A DNA stretch of 64,000 bases. Source: Minisyncoccota bacterium. GTDB lineage: Bacteria > Patescibacteriota > Minisyncoccia > Phycocordibacterales > UBA2100. This document shows, in pieces, positions 20,066 to 28,218 of this stretch (its first letter is position 1; the number at the start of each line of letters is the position of its first letter). The stretch is taken from the NCBI GenBank assembly GCA_035500505.1, contig DATJXE010000003.1, forward strand, positions 201,697 through 265,696. Reading direction: 5' to 3'. The translations under genes and the position numbers were made by a program. The notes beneath the pieces are model-generated. The model had not been told where the DNA came from. It did no database searches and was given only the letters and a program-made list of their open reading frames with translations.

Positions 20066-20100
20066 AGAAAACCCGCCGAACGGCGGGTTTTCTCGCTTTG
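20066..20100. terminator. Rho-independent terminator after tuf
   Basis: aaaacccgccg-aa-cggcgggtttt-ctcgcttt. Confidence 0.7.
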
Positions 20101-20138
20101 TCTCTTGCTAGTCCTGCGATACGGCATATAGTGAATTT

Positions 20139-20915
20139 ATGAAAGGGGTATTGTCTCCAATTGCTGCTTCGACAATCGTGCTCTTGCTTGCCTTTGCGCC
20201 ACTTTCAGCGAGTGCCGTAGTTCATGTCTCTGGATATGTAAATAGCCACGGCACTTACGTGGCTCCTTATGTGAGGAGTAATCCCAATGGTTTGAAATAC
20301 GATAATTACAGCTATACGCCTAGCCAGGGACTCTATAACCCAAGCTATGGCACAAAAGATACTGTGTGGGACACTCCAACATGGATTACAGATCCGAACT
20401 ATTATTCGGGACTGTCAGAATATCTTTCGACTCACGGTTCGTCGGGTTCCTTGGCCCCAGGTAATTACAGCGCGACATACCCAACAAATCTCTCTGTACC
20501 AGCTAATGCCACTGCATATGGTTCCACGTGGTATTGCAACAATGGCTATAAAACTATATACGACAGCTCGTACAACAAGATAGGTTGCACGCAAGTCGTC
20601 GCTCCAGCGAACGCAACGGTTTATGGCTCAGACTGGTATTGTAATACCGGATACAAAACGCAATATGATTCGTCGTTCAATAAAGTAGGTTGCACCAAAG
20701 TTGTGGCACCCGCGAACGCCTCCATCTATGGATCAGATTGGTATTGCAATACCGGTTATAAGACACAGTACGACAGCTCGTTTAATAAAATCGGCTGTGT
20801 GAAAGTTGTTGCACCACCGAATGCGACCGTTTATGGCAGTGATTGGTACTGTAATGCCGGGTATAAAACACAATATGATAATTCTTTCAATAAAATCGGA
20901 TGCATCGCAAACTAA
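20139..20915 (+). CDS. Secreted tandem-repeat protein (4 x ~40-aa Cys-containing repeats)
   Basis: Signal peptide, then four repeats 'VVAPANATVYGSDWYCNTGYKTQYDSSFNKIGC'. Markedly AT-richer than its flanks. Confidence 0.6.
   Translation: MKGVLSPIAASTIVLLLAFAPLSASAVVHVSGYVNSHGTYVAPYVRSNPNGLKYDNYSYTPSQGLYNPSYGTKDTVWDTPTWITDPNYYSGLSEYLSTHGSSGSLAPGNYSATYPTNLSVPANATAYGSTWYCNNGYKTIYDSSYNKIGCTQVVAPANATVYGSDWYCNTGYKTQYDSSFNKVGCTKVVAPANASIYGSDWYCNTGYKTQYDSSFNKIGCVKVVAPPNATVYGSDWYCNAGYKTQYDNSFNKIGCIAN
20490..20915 (+). repeat. Four tandem ~120-bp DNA repeats (coding)
   Basis: Near-identical units 'tatgg[ct]tcagactggtattgtaataccgg.tacaaaac.caatatga..cgtcgttcaataaa' read directly. Confidence 0.7.
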
Positions 20916-21004
20916 CTTAGAATACCAACTTGCGACCTCGCCATTCTGACGGAAGGGAAGTGGTGTCAGGTACCATTCTTTTTGCGCGATGATATTCTTC
21001 TGAT

Positions 21005-21400
21005 GTGAACTGGGACGAATTCGATAAGGAGATGCGCGAGCTGCAGAGCAGGATAGACTGGCGGCCGGATATTATTTGCGGGATCGCACGGGGCGGCGTG
21101 ATACCGGCGACTATTCTCTCGAAGCGAATGAAGGTAAAAGATATGTTCACGCTCTCGCTCGACAGGCAGGGCGAGCGCAAGATTTCTGCGTTCGCTATAG
21201 TCGACATTTCAGGGAAGAAAATATTGCTCGTTGAAGATATGCTCGAAACAGGTCGTGGTCTCATTGCCGGCAAGAAGTTCCTTGAAGAGCGCGGGGCGGA
21301 AGTGAGGACGGCCTGCCTCTATACGATGCCAAAATCAGAAATAGTCCCAGACTTTTTCCTGCGTCAATTTCCCGACGTCCAACATTTTCCCTGGGAGTGA
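21005..21400 (+). CDS. Small phosphoribosyltransferase-domain protein
   Basis: 'KILLVEDMLETGRGL' type I PRTase PRPP-binding motif. Only 131 aa. Confidence 0.5.
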   Translation: MNWDEFDKEMRELQSRIDWRPDIICGIARGGVIPATILSKRMKVKDMFTLSLDRQGERKISAFAIVDISGKKILLVEDMLETGRGLIAGKKFLEERGAEVRTACLYTMPKSEIVPDFFLRQFPDVQHFPWE

Positions 21401-21401
21401 T

Positions 21402-21935
21402 ATGAAGCTCGTGTTGCCCGATACGAAATATAAAGACTCGTTCATTCAGGCGGTGAAGGAGTTTCAGGGGGAGAACGATTATACGCATCGGAACCGATGG
21501 TACCGGAAATTATCGATTCTGGAACTTGAAGCGGACTTTGATGGATTCGTCGCCCGAGAGTTGAGCCATTCGCGCGGGGAGAATCTTTCCGAAGGATATG
21601 TGCCCATGACGGAGTACTGGCTTATTGATGGCAAAGAATTCATCGGGCACGCAACACTTCGTCATCGGCTCAACGATAAGTTGATGCAAATAGGCGGGCA
21701 CATCGGCTACGACATTCGACCAAGTATGCGCGGCAAGGGGTATGGCAACAAAATACTCGAACTCGCACTTAAGAAAGCAAAAGAACTTGGCATCAAGCGC
21801 GTTTTGGTAACGTCAGACGAAAGAAATATCGCCTCGCGCAAAATTATCGAAAAGAACGGCGGAGTTTTAGAGAATCAAATTCCGAATCCCGAAATGGGTT
21901 ACGACGCTCTTCGTTTCTGGATTGATATTTCCTAG
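21402..21935 (+). CDS. GNAT family N-acetyltransferase
   Basis: 'RGKGYGNKILELALKKAKELGIKRVLVTSDERNIASRKIIEKNGG' acetyl-CoA-binding motif A/B. Confidence 0.55.
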   Translation: MKLVLPDTKYKDSFIQAVKEFQGENDYTHRNRWYRKLSILELEADFDGFVARELSHSRGENLSEGYVPMTEYWLIDGKEFIGHATLRHRLNDKLMQIGGHIGYDIRPSMRGKGYGNKILELALKKAKELGIKRVLVTSDERNIASRKIIEKNGGVLENQIPNPEMGYDALRFWIDIS

Positions 21936-21937
21936 TT

Positions 21938-22480
21938 ATGGAGTCACAAACCGTTATAAGGTTTTGGTTCGAGGAGGCGACGCCTTCGCAGTGGTTCCGA
22001 AAGGATGAGAAATTTGATGCGGAGATCCGGCGGCGGTTTTTGGATGTTTACGAGGGCGCGATGAAAGGGGAGTTGGCCGATTGGCGGAAGTCGCCCGAGG
22101 GGCGGCTGGCAGAAATTATCGTGCTCGATCAGTTCCCGCGCAATATGTTCCGGAATTCACCGCAGGCCTTTGCGGGGGATGCGCTTGCGCTCAAGTTCGT
22201 GCAAGACGCCATCGCCGCAGGGGACGACAAAAAACTTTCTGTTCGTATGCGCCGTTTTCTCTACATGCCCTACATGCACAGCGAATCACGCGACGCGCAC
22301 AAAAAAGCACTCCGGCTTTTCTTTTCACTCCTCCCATCACAGTGGGCGGCCTTCAAATTCGAATGGAAGCACAAGCGCATCATTGATAGATTCGGCCGTT
22401 ACCCGAGCCGCAACGCAATTTTGAGGCGCGAGAGCACGCCGGCGGAAACAGAGTTCCTCAAAACACACAAGGGATTTTGA
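21938..22480 (+). CDS. DUF924 family protein
   Basis: 'IRFWFEE...QWF.KDEKFDAEIRRRF' and 'IIVLDQFPRNMFR...AFAGDALAL' match my recollection of the DUF924 consensus. Confidence 0.45.
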   Translation: MESQTVIRFWFEEATPSQWFRKDEKFDAEIRRRFLDVYEGAMKGELADWRKSPEGRLAEIIVLDQFPRNMFRNSPQAFAGDALALKFVQDAIAAGDDKKLSVRMRRFLYMPYMHSESRDAHKKALRLFFSLLPSQWAAFKFEWKHKRIIDRFGRYPSRNAILRRESTPAETEFLKTHKGF

Positions 22481-22580
22481 ATCGCGGGTGAGTTTGACAG
22501 GAACGTTGCGGTTGATGATAGTGGGGGCCGCTTCAACCCAGCTCTTTGATGTACGAAGAGCCCAACAGAAGGGGACGGTC

Positions 22581-23261
22581 ATGAGCAAGGTCATGGCAAC
22601 AGTCGTTGCGTTTTTCGGGGCGCTCATGCTTGCGACGCCGGTTCGCGCGGTTGAGTGCGTCGACCACGTCTCAAACGTGCTGAAGGATTCCGACATCAGG
22701 GCGCTCGATCTGACCGAACGTGTCAACGAGTTCTCAAAGGCGATGCAGGTTGTTTCTCAAAGAAGCCCGAACCGTATCGCCATCGACATCGTCGTGCGCG
22801 ATTGTCCGTACTACGGCACCCTCAACTCATTCTTCTCGTTCGCTGAAATGCCGGCGATAGGCATTCCGCGGACATACTCGGTGCATATCACGGCTGCGCG
22901 CCTCCGCAACACCGAAGATACACAACTGCTTCGCGATGCGCGCCGAGAAGCATGCGTCATCGTCTCCGGCATTCTGGATATGCCACAAGCATCCCCGCCG
23001 GCACAAGGGGAAGAGTCACCTGCCGTCGTCAGGTGCATGATCCAGGAATCCGTGCGTGCGAACGACATACAGTATGCGGAGTGGCTCGCACGGACGCACC
23101 ACGCGGAGGTACCGCAGCTACAGGCGGAAGTCAGCCCGCCGCAGGCGGAGATCGACCGGGCTATCGAGCAACTCAAGGATATTGGCGCTCCTCCCGGCAT
23201 GCTCGACTCATTGGAGAAACTCAAGCGTTCCTTCGACGACTTTCCTCCACGCTCCCGCTGA
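22581..23261 (+). CDS. Hypothetical secreted protein
   Basis: Signal peptide 'MSKVMATVVAFFGALMLATPVRA'. No motif recognised. Confidence 0.4.
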   Translation: MSKVMATVVAFFGALMLATPVRAVECVDHVSNVLKDSDIRALDLTERVNEFSKAMQVVSQRSPNRIAIDIVVRDCPYYGTLNSFFSFAEMPAIGIPRTYSVHITAARLRNTEDTQLLRDARREACVIVSGILDMPQASPPAQGEESPAVVRCMIQESVRANDIQYAEWLARTHHAEVPQLQAEVSPPQAEIDRAIEQLKDIGAPPGMLDSLEKLKRSFDDFPPRSR

Positions 23262-23385
23262 AGAGCGTGGATGTCCGGATCTTTGCCGCGCGGGTGACCG
23301 CGCGGTATTTTTTATATTCAATAACTTTGTGGGCAAATGAGAAGGCCGCGAGAGGGCGGCCCTCTGCGCGGCGTTGGTCGTGCGG

Positions 23386-23775
23386 TCAGCCGACGACTTT
23401 TTCGACGGTACTGAGCGCGAGCCGGAGATCGTCCATGTCCCCGCTCGTCATGAGCTCCTTCAGGCTCCTGCGGCCGAGCTCATTGTGCTTCACATTGATC
23501 CACCGCTCCGTTGCGTCGTTGTTTTCCTCGTTCGCGCCAAAGACCGCATCGAGCATGAATTTCAGCCTGACGATAACTTCAGCGCGGACAAGAACATCGC
23601 GACTCTTGGCGAGCCAGCTCCGCAGGCTATTGGTATCGGTTACGACCTCCGGTTCGAACCCGAATGATCGGGCTTGTTCCTGCAACGTGAAGGCGAGATC
23701 TTGAAGTGCCTTCAGAGCTTTCTCAGTTTTCTCGGGCAATGCAATCGTCCGATTCTCCTGCGCAACGCTTGTCAT
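23386..23775 (-). CDS. DUF2384 (Xre/MbcA/ParS-like antitoxin toxin-binding domain) protein, no adjacent RES toxin
   Basis: C-terminal 'DAVFGANEENNDATERWINVKHNELGRRSLKELMTSGDMDDLRLALSTVEKV' resembles the DUF2384 consensus. Confidence 0.35.
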   Translation of the reverse strand: MTSVAQENRTIALPEKTEKALKALQDLAFTLQEQARSFGFEPEVVTDTNSLRSWLAKSRDVLVRAEVIVRLKFMLDAVFGANEENNDATERWINVKHNELGRRSLKELMTSGDMDDLRLALSTVEKVVG

Positions 23776-23918
23776 AGCCGTCTCCCGACCAGTGTGCGAT
23801 ACGGCGTACCGCTTCCTATGCCGTAGGCTAGTACGGAACGGTGCAAGGGTCAATAAATAGGTTTTTCATGATAAGAGGCTTATACTTGCAGACTATTAAG
23901 AGGTAATTTCGTAAGCAT

Positions 23919-24248
23919 ATGAAAAAGTTTTTTGTTTTGTATAAGGCCCCTATTGAAGAGTTCACGGCGGCGATGAAAAAGATGACGCCGGAAGACCAGC
24001 AGAAAAGTAAGGCGGAGTGGCAGGAATGGATGACGAAGCACAAAGCAGATACCGTTGATATGGGCGCGCCGGTGGGGAAGACCAAGGCGGTTACTCGCAC
24101 GGGTACGAGTGACATCAAGAACGACATTGGCGGCTACTCTATTGTGCAGGCAGAATCGCACGATGCGGCAACGAAGATCTTCACCGACAGCCCGCACCTC
24201 AAGCGCATGAACGGTTCCATCGAGGTGATGGAGATTATGGAAATGTAG
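23919..24248 (+). CDS. Hypothetical protein (AT-rich gene)
   Basis: 109 aa with no motif recognised. Confidence 0.35.
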   Translation: MKKFFVLYKAPIEEFTAAMKKMTPEDQQKSKAEWQEWMTKHKADTVDMGAPVGKTKAVTRTGTSDIKNDIGGYSIVQAESHDAATKIFTDSPHLKRMNGSIEVMEIMEM

Positions 24249-24264
24249 GTGCTACAATGGGCCT

Positions 24265-24426
24265 ATGCCCCGGATCAAAATAGAGAACCACATGTTCTCC
24301 GGCGGGATTTGGTTCGCCGCCTGGCTTTTCACCATCGGATTCTTGAAGCTCTCCTTCTGGAGCGCCGTCCTCGCGATACTCATCTGGCCCTACTATATCG
24401 GCGCGGCATTCGCGCTGATGCATTGA
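24265..24426 (+). CDS. Small two-TM membrane protein (53 aa)
   Basis: TGCTACAAT lies 6 nt upstream of ATG. 'GIWFAAWLFTIGF...SAVLAILIWPYYIGAAFAL'. Below the ORF-track cutoff. Confidence 0.3.
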   Translation: MPRIKIENHMFSGGIWFAAWLFTIGFLKLSFWSAVLAILIWPYYIGAAFALMH

Positions 24427-24478
24427 GCAAGGCAAATGTTGCGTTTTTTAGAGGAGTAGTGCATACTCTGCGGGTTCT

Positions 24479-24847
24479 ATGACAGCGGAAAAGACGGCAA
24501 CCAAGAAACCTCGCACCTCGCGTGCGAAGAAAGAGGCTGGCCCCAGTCGGCTGCGCATTCGCGTGCGTGCCTACGAGCACGGCGTCTTGGACCGCTCCGT
24601 CAAGCAGATAATCGACACGGCGGCCCGCTACAACGCCAAGGTCGTTGGCCCTGTTCCGCTCCCCATCGATATAAAAAAGTACACCGTCAATCGCGCCGCA
24701 TTTATAGATAAAGACTCGCGCGAGCAATTTGAGATGCGCATCCACAAGCGCATGATAGACATTTTGAATCCCGAGGCGAAGGTCATCGAGGCCCTCACCA
24801 ACATTGATCTTCCTTCAGGCGTCAACATCGACGTGAAGATGATGTAA
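24479..24847 (+). CDS. rpsJ: 30S ribosomal protein S10
   Basis: 'RIRVRAYEHGVLDRSVKQIIDTAARYNAKVVGPVPLP...FEMRIHKRMIDI'. N-terminal Lys/Arg-rich extension. Isolated from the rest of the S10 operon. Confidence 0.85.
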   Translation: MTAEKTATKKPRTSRAKKEAGPSRLRIRVRAYEHGVLDRSVKQIIDTAARYNAKVVGPVPLPIDIKKYTVNRAAFIDKDSREQFEMRIHKRMIDILNPEAKVIEALTNIDLPSGVNIDVKMM

Positions 24848-24947
24848 GTAAACAGGCCAATCTTGACCAGATTGCCTATCATGGTATAATCCCCTTAGTC
24901 TTCGGAACGAGGTCGACCTCGTAGCCCCGGAGCGTTGGAGTAATCCG

Positions 24948-25190
24948 ATGGAAAAGATCGTTTTGGCCGTTTTTGCGGCCATGCTTGCCGTCGCGCCAGC
25001 GTCGGCGGCGTCGCGCTTTACGTCGGAATCGACGTCGGCGTATGCGGAGGCTTATCCGCCTCAGCCCCAGAGTCTCACCGGTAAGTGTAATCAGTGGGCG
25101 GGCGGGGTGTACAACCCCAGCATCCACAAATGGGTTATCACGAGCCGGTACCAGATGCTCCGGAAGTTGGCCTGTCCGTACTACAAATAG
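24948..25190 (+). CDS. Small secreted peptide (80-aa precursor, 2 Cys in mature part)
   Basis: Sec signal 'MEKIVLAVFAAMLAVAPASAAS'. TGGTATAAT promoter and a 16-nt palindromic 5'UTR hairpin (acgaggtcgacctcgt) lie upstream. Confidence 0.5.
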   Translation: MEKIVLAVFAAMLAVAPASAASRFTSESTSAYAEAYPPQPQSLTGKCNQWAGGVYNPSIHKWVITSRYQMLRKLACPYYK

Positions 25191-25268
25191 CGGCAGACCT
25201 GGAGACACTGCTGGAAGACGAATTTAGGCGGCCACATTGGCCGCCTTTTCATATGCGATGGTTCCCGA

Positions 25269-26657
25269 ATGGGATTCTTGTATAATCGTGCTGTGTCCGT
25301 CGCCCGTCGTTTTACGTTTGAATCATACTCGCTCGACACCGATCAGTCCGTAATCACGTTCACCTACCTGGTCGAATTTGAAGGCGGACACCAAGCGCGA
25401 TATGACGATCGGCTCGAATTTCCTGGCACCACGCGGACGATGTGGGAGCGTATTCCAAAGCCTGTTCTTTCGCAACTACTGCAAAGTCTGACCATACTGC
25501 ACGGCAGCGCGTATTGGAAACTCGATCATGCGGGAGAACTTGTCATCAGAGGATTTAGCCTGACTCGCGCGCAAGCAGATTTTTGGAATGAGGTGTATAC
25601 GAAGGGATTCGGGGAATTCTTTTATAGATCAAACATAGACCACAGAGGGCTGGTTTCCTTCCCATACCGCACTCGGTGGTGGTCAGGCCCGTTGTCAACA
25701 AGATTCAAACGTTCCCCACGCACCCTTCTCCTCAACGGCGGCGGCAAGGATACGGTCGTCTCCGCGGAAATGCTCAAAGAGGCCAGCATCGGCTTCGATC
25801 TGTTCACGTTGGCGAATGTTGGCGCAAAGAAGCGCGTCGCGGAGCACATCGGAACAAGGAACATCACGGTGAAACGCAGGGTCGATCCGGCAGCAGCGAG
25901 GACCGCACAGAGAATGAATGTCGCGCCCGGCGGACTTTTTACACTCACGCTCGGATTCCAGGCGCTCCTTGCGGCCACACTGTGGGACTATCGGTATGTT
26001 GTCTTCTCGAACGAGCAAAGCGCCGACATTGGCAACACCAAGTATCTCGGTCTTGACGTGAATCACCAGTGGACCAAGTCGAGGGAAGCGGAAGAACTCA
26101 CCCGGAAGTACGTGCGAACGTTCATCACGCCCGACGTGGAAGTTTTTTCGCTTTTGCGCCAATTCACCGAGATTGAAACGACGCGCCGCTTCAGCCTATA
26201 TTCGAAGTATTTCGATGCATTCTGCAGTTGCAACATGAATTCTCACGTGTCTCCTGACGAACAAGAAAACGCCCCGCGTTCCGGTTGGTGCGGCAAGTGC
26301 GCGAAGTGCATTTTCATATTTGCAGGTCTCACGGCGTTTTTACCGAAGGAGACGGTTGTCGGTATTTTCGGGCGCAACTTGTATCAAGATACGGCGCTGT
26401 TACCGGTGTTCAGGCAACTGCTCGGGCTGCAAGGCATCAAGCCATTCGAATGCGTGGGCACCTCCGAAGAAATGCTCGTCGCGATGCACCGAGCGGCGCA
26501 AACCGGTTTGTACGATACCGATCCCGCCATGGACATGTTCCTCAAAGAGATTCCACGGACAATACCATTCGATGATATAGAACACCGCGTCCTTTCCACT
26601 CACGGAGAGTCGACCGTTCCGACGGAGTTCAAGGCCATGATGGGCCTCGTCTCATGA
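25269..26657 (+). CDS. PP-loop-like ATP pyrophosphatase superfamily protein with C-terminal CxxC motif
   Basis: 'LLLNGGGKDTVVS' resembles an SGGxDS PP-loop. 'GWCGKCAKC' resembles the QueC-type zinc motif. The true start may be internal. Confidence 0.4.
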   Translation: MGFLYNRAVSVARRFTFESYSLDTDQSVITFTYLVEFEGGHQARYDDRLEFPGTTRTMWERIPKPVLSQLLQSLTILHGSAYWKLDHAGELVIRGFSLTRAQADFWNEVYTKGFGEFFYRSNIDHRGLVSFPYRTRWWSGPLSTRFKRSPRTLLLNGGGKDTVVSAEMLKEASIGFDLFTLANVGAKKRVAEHIGTRNITVKRRVDPAAARTAQRMNVAPGGLFTLTLGFQALLAATLWDYRYVVFSNEQSADIGNTKYLGLDVNHQWTKSREAEELTRKYVRTFITPDVEVFSLLRQFTEIETTRRFSLYSKYFDAFCSCNMNSHVSPDEQENAPRSGWCGKCAKCIFIFAGLTAFLPKETVVGIFGRNLYQDTALLPVFRQLLGLQGIKPFECVGTSEEMLVAMHRAAQTGLYDTDPAMDMFLKEIPRTIPFDDIEHRVLSTHGESTVPTEFKAMMGLVS

Positions 26658-26755
26658 GCCACACGAGCATTGCTTTTCTGTGTTTCGTGGCGCACAGTGG
26701 GTGCGGGCAGATTGCGGATGAACATGAACGCTGCCGCAGGTGGAGGATATAGAAA

Positions 26756-27211
26756 ATGGATCTTGAACTAAGGATCGAGGATCGCTCGTGGGACCGCGAA
26801 CGGCACTTGCGCCACATCAACGAAGGGGCATGGCTTCCCATGTTGGACGCGGATGGTAAGGTGCTCCCGGGTATTGTCGGAAAACGCGGCGTCGAAGGCG
26901 ACAAAAAAGACAGCACCAAGATCGGTGCCGATTTCGTGAAGATGAACCCGGGCACGAAATTTCCTCTACACGAGCATGAAGGCGAGCACGAGATCTTTTT
27001 CATTTCTGGTGAGGGGTTCGTGCATATCGATGGGGAAAATATCCCCGTCCGGGCGGGACACGTAATCCACATTCCGGGGGAATATCCCCATGGCGTGTGG
27101 GTTAGCGAAAATGTCAGCGAGCCGCTTATTTTCGTGGCCGCAGGGCATCCGCACAAACACGTCGATGCGGCCGATCGTATGCAACACCCACATGCACACC
27201 GGCACAGATGA
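26756..27211 (+). CDS. Cupin-domain protein with His-rich C-terminal tail
   Basis: 'PLHEHEGEHEIFFISGEG...HVIHIPGEYPHGV' cupin_2 motifs, and tail 'HPHKHVDAADRMQHPHAHRHR'. Confidence 0.6.
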   Translation: MDLELRIEDRSWDRERHLRHINEGAWLPMLDADGKVLPGIVGKRGVEGDKKDSTKIGADFVKMNPGTKFPLHEHEGEHEIFFISGEGFVHIDGENIPVRAGHVIHIPGEYPHGVWVSENVSEPLIFVAAGHPHKHVDAADRMQHPHAHRHR

Positions 27212-27268
27212 GTTCGAAAACACCACGCAAAAAGAAGGGCCGCCCTGCAAGGCGGTCCTTTATTTTTT

Positions 27269-27838
27269 ATGCAATACTTACGCCGTATGCTCATCTTGCT
27301 CGGCGGTTTTTTGGGGAGTGGACGAAAGATGCTCGCGAAACAGCTCGCTTACCGACAGAAGTTTTATCTCTATGACACGGAGGCAAAGAAGATGCACCAC
27401 CCCGAGTTCCAGTCGGACGGCAGCGTAAAAGAGGTGACCGAACCGCCAAAAAGCGAAGAACAACGGATGTTCCTGTACAAGCGCATCGTTGATGATTTCC
27501 CGCGTCTTTCAAAAATGTATCCGGACACCGTTATTGAGGAGGCATTTCACCGGATCGGACCGCGCGACTACTTCATTACCGAAGCGAAGAAGTTTTTCGA
27601 CCCGGTCGTGTTTGTATGGGTGGACTCTGACGAGGCGCATGTGGAGGAGCGGATGCGACGGATGGTAAAACTCGGGCTGGTAAAGAATCTTAGCGAGGCG
27701 ATGAACCGTCGTCGCAGAGCCGCCCGACATTTCAACCAGGACCCTTCGATGCGGGTGTTCAAGTGTGTCAAAGCCGATAGTGCTGAAGCAGATGCGTTGT
27801 GGACACTCGTTCGCGGAATCGCCGCAGGTAAAAGTTGA
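27269..27838 (+). CDS. P-loop NTPase-like (kinase-like) protein, atypical Walker A
   Basis: 'ILLGGFLGSGRKMLAKQLA' is a glycine-rich loop with RK in place of GK. Weak call. Confidence 0.3.
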   Translation: MQYLRRMLILLGGFLGSGRKMLAKQLAYRQKFYLYDTEAKKMHHPEFQSDGSVKEVTEPPKSEEQRMFLYKRIVDDFPRLSKMYPDTVIEEAFHRIGPRDYFITEAKKFFDPVVFVWVDSDEAHVEERMRRMVKLGLVKNLSEAMNRRRRAARHFNQDPSMRVFKCVKADSAEADALWTLVRGIAAGKS

Positions 27839-27952
27839 ACTATATAATTTTTTTATGACAGCTTTCAGGGGTGGGAGTGCGTGCGAAATTGACTTCCTGT
27901 GGGTAAAACGTACAATGTGAGTTCATCAACTGTCCTGTGAAGGAGAAGAGCG

Positions 27953-28162
27953 ATGAGAAAGCTCATGTTCTTTGCGGCTCTCGCGACGCTGGCGATGATC
28001 AATGTCTGTCAGGCCGCCGACGAGAAGAAAGTTACGACGGTCGACAAAGTCTGTGCGGACGACTGCTACAGTCACTGCGCGTCGCGCGTTGCGCAAAAGC
28101 TGACGGCAAACATTCCCGGCTGTCAGCGTTCGTGCAAGCGAACCCACAACTGCAGCAGTTAA
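27953..28162 (+). CDS. Small Cys-rich secreted peptide (69-aa precursor, 6 Cys in 48-aa mature part)
   Basis: Signal 'MRKLMFFAALATLAMINVCQA', SD AAGGAG. Spacing CxxxCxxxC...CxxxCxxxxxC. Followed by a hairpin + T-run. Confidence 0.5.
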   Translation: MRKLMFFAALATLAMINVCQAADEKKVTTVDKVCADDCYSHCASRVAQKLTANIPGCQRSCKRTHNCSS

Positions 28163-28185
28163 AGCACGAAGGGCGCGTCGGATGA

Positions 28186-28218
28186 AGGGGGTTGGGCGTT
28201 GCTCAGCCCCCATCTTTT
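28186..28218. terminator. Hairpin + T-run between convergent genes
   Basis: ggggg-ttgggcgttgctcag-ccccc-atctttt. Confidence 0.4.

Noticed and set aside
23640-23680. tRNA-like 'GGTTCGAACCC' word
   Set aside because: No complementary T-stem, acceptor stem or anticodon arm can be built around it, and it lies inside a coding ORF. No tRNA genes were identified anywhere in the window.
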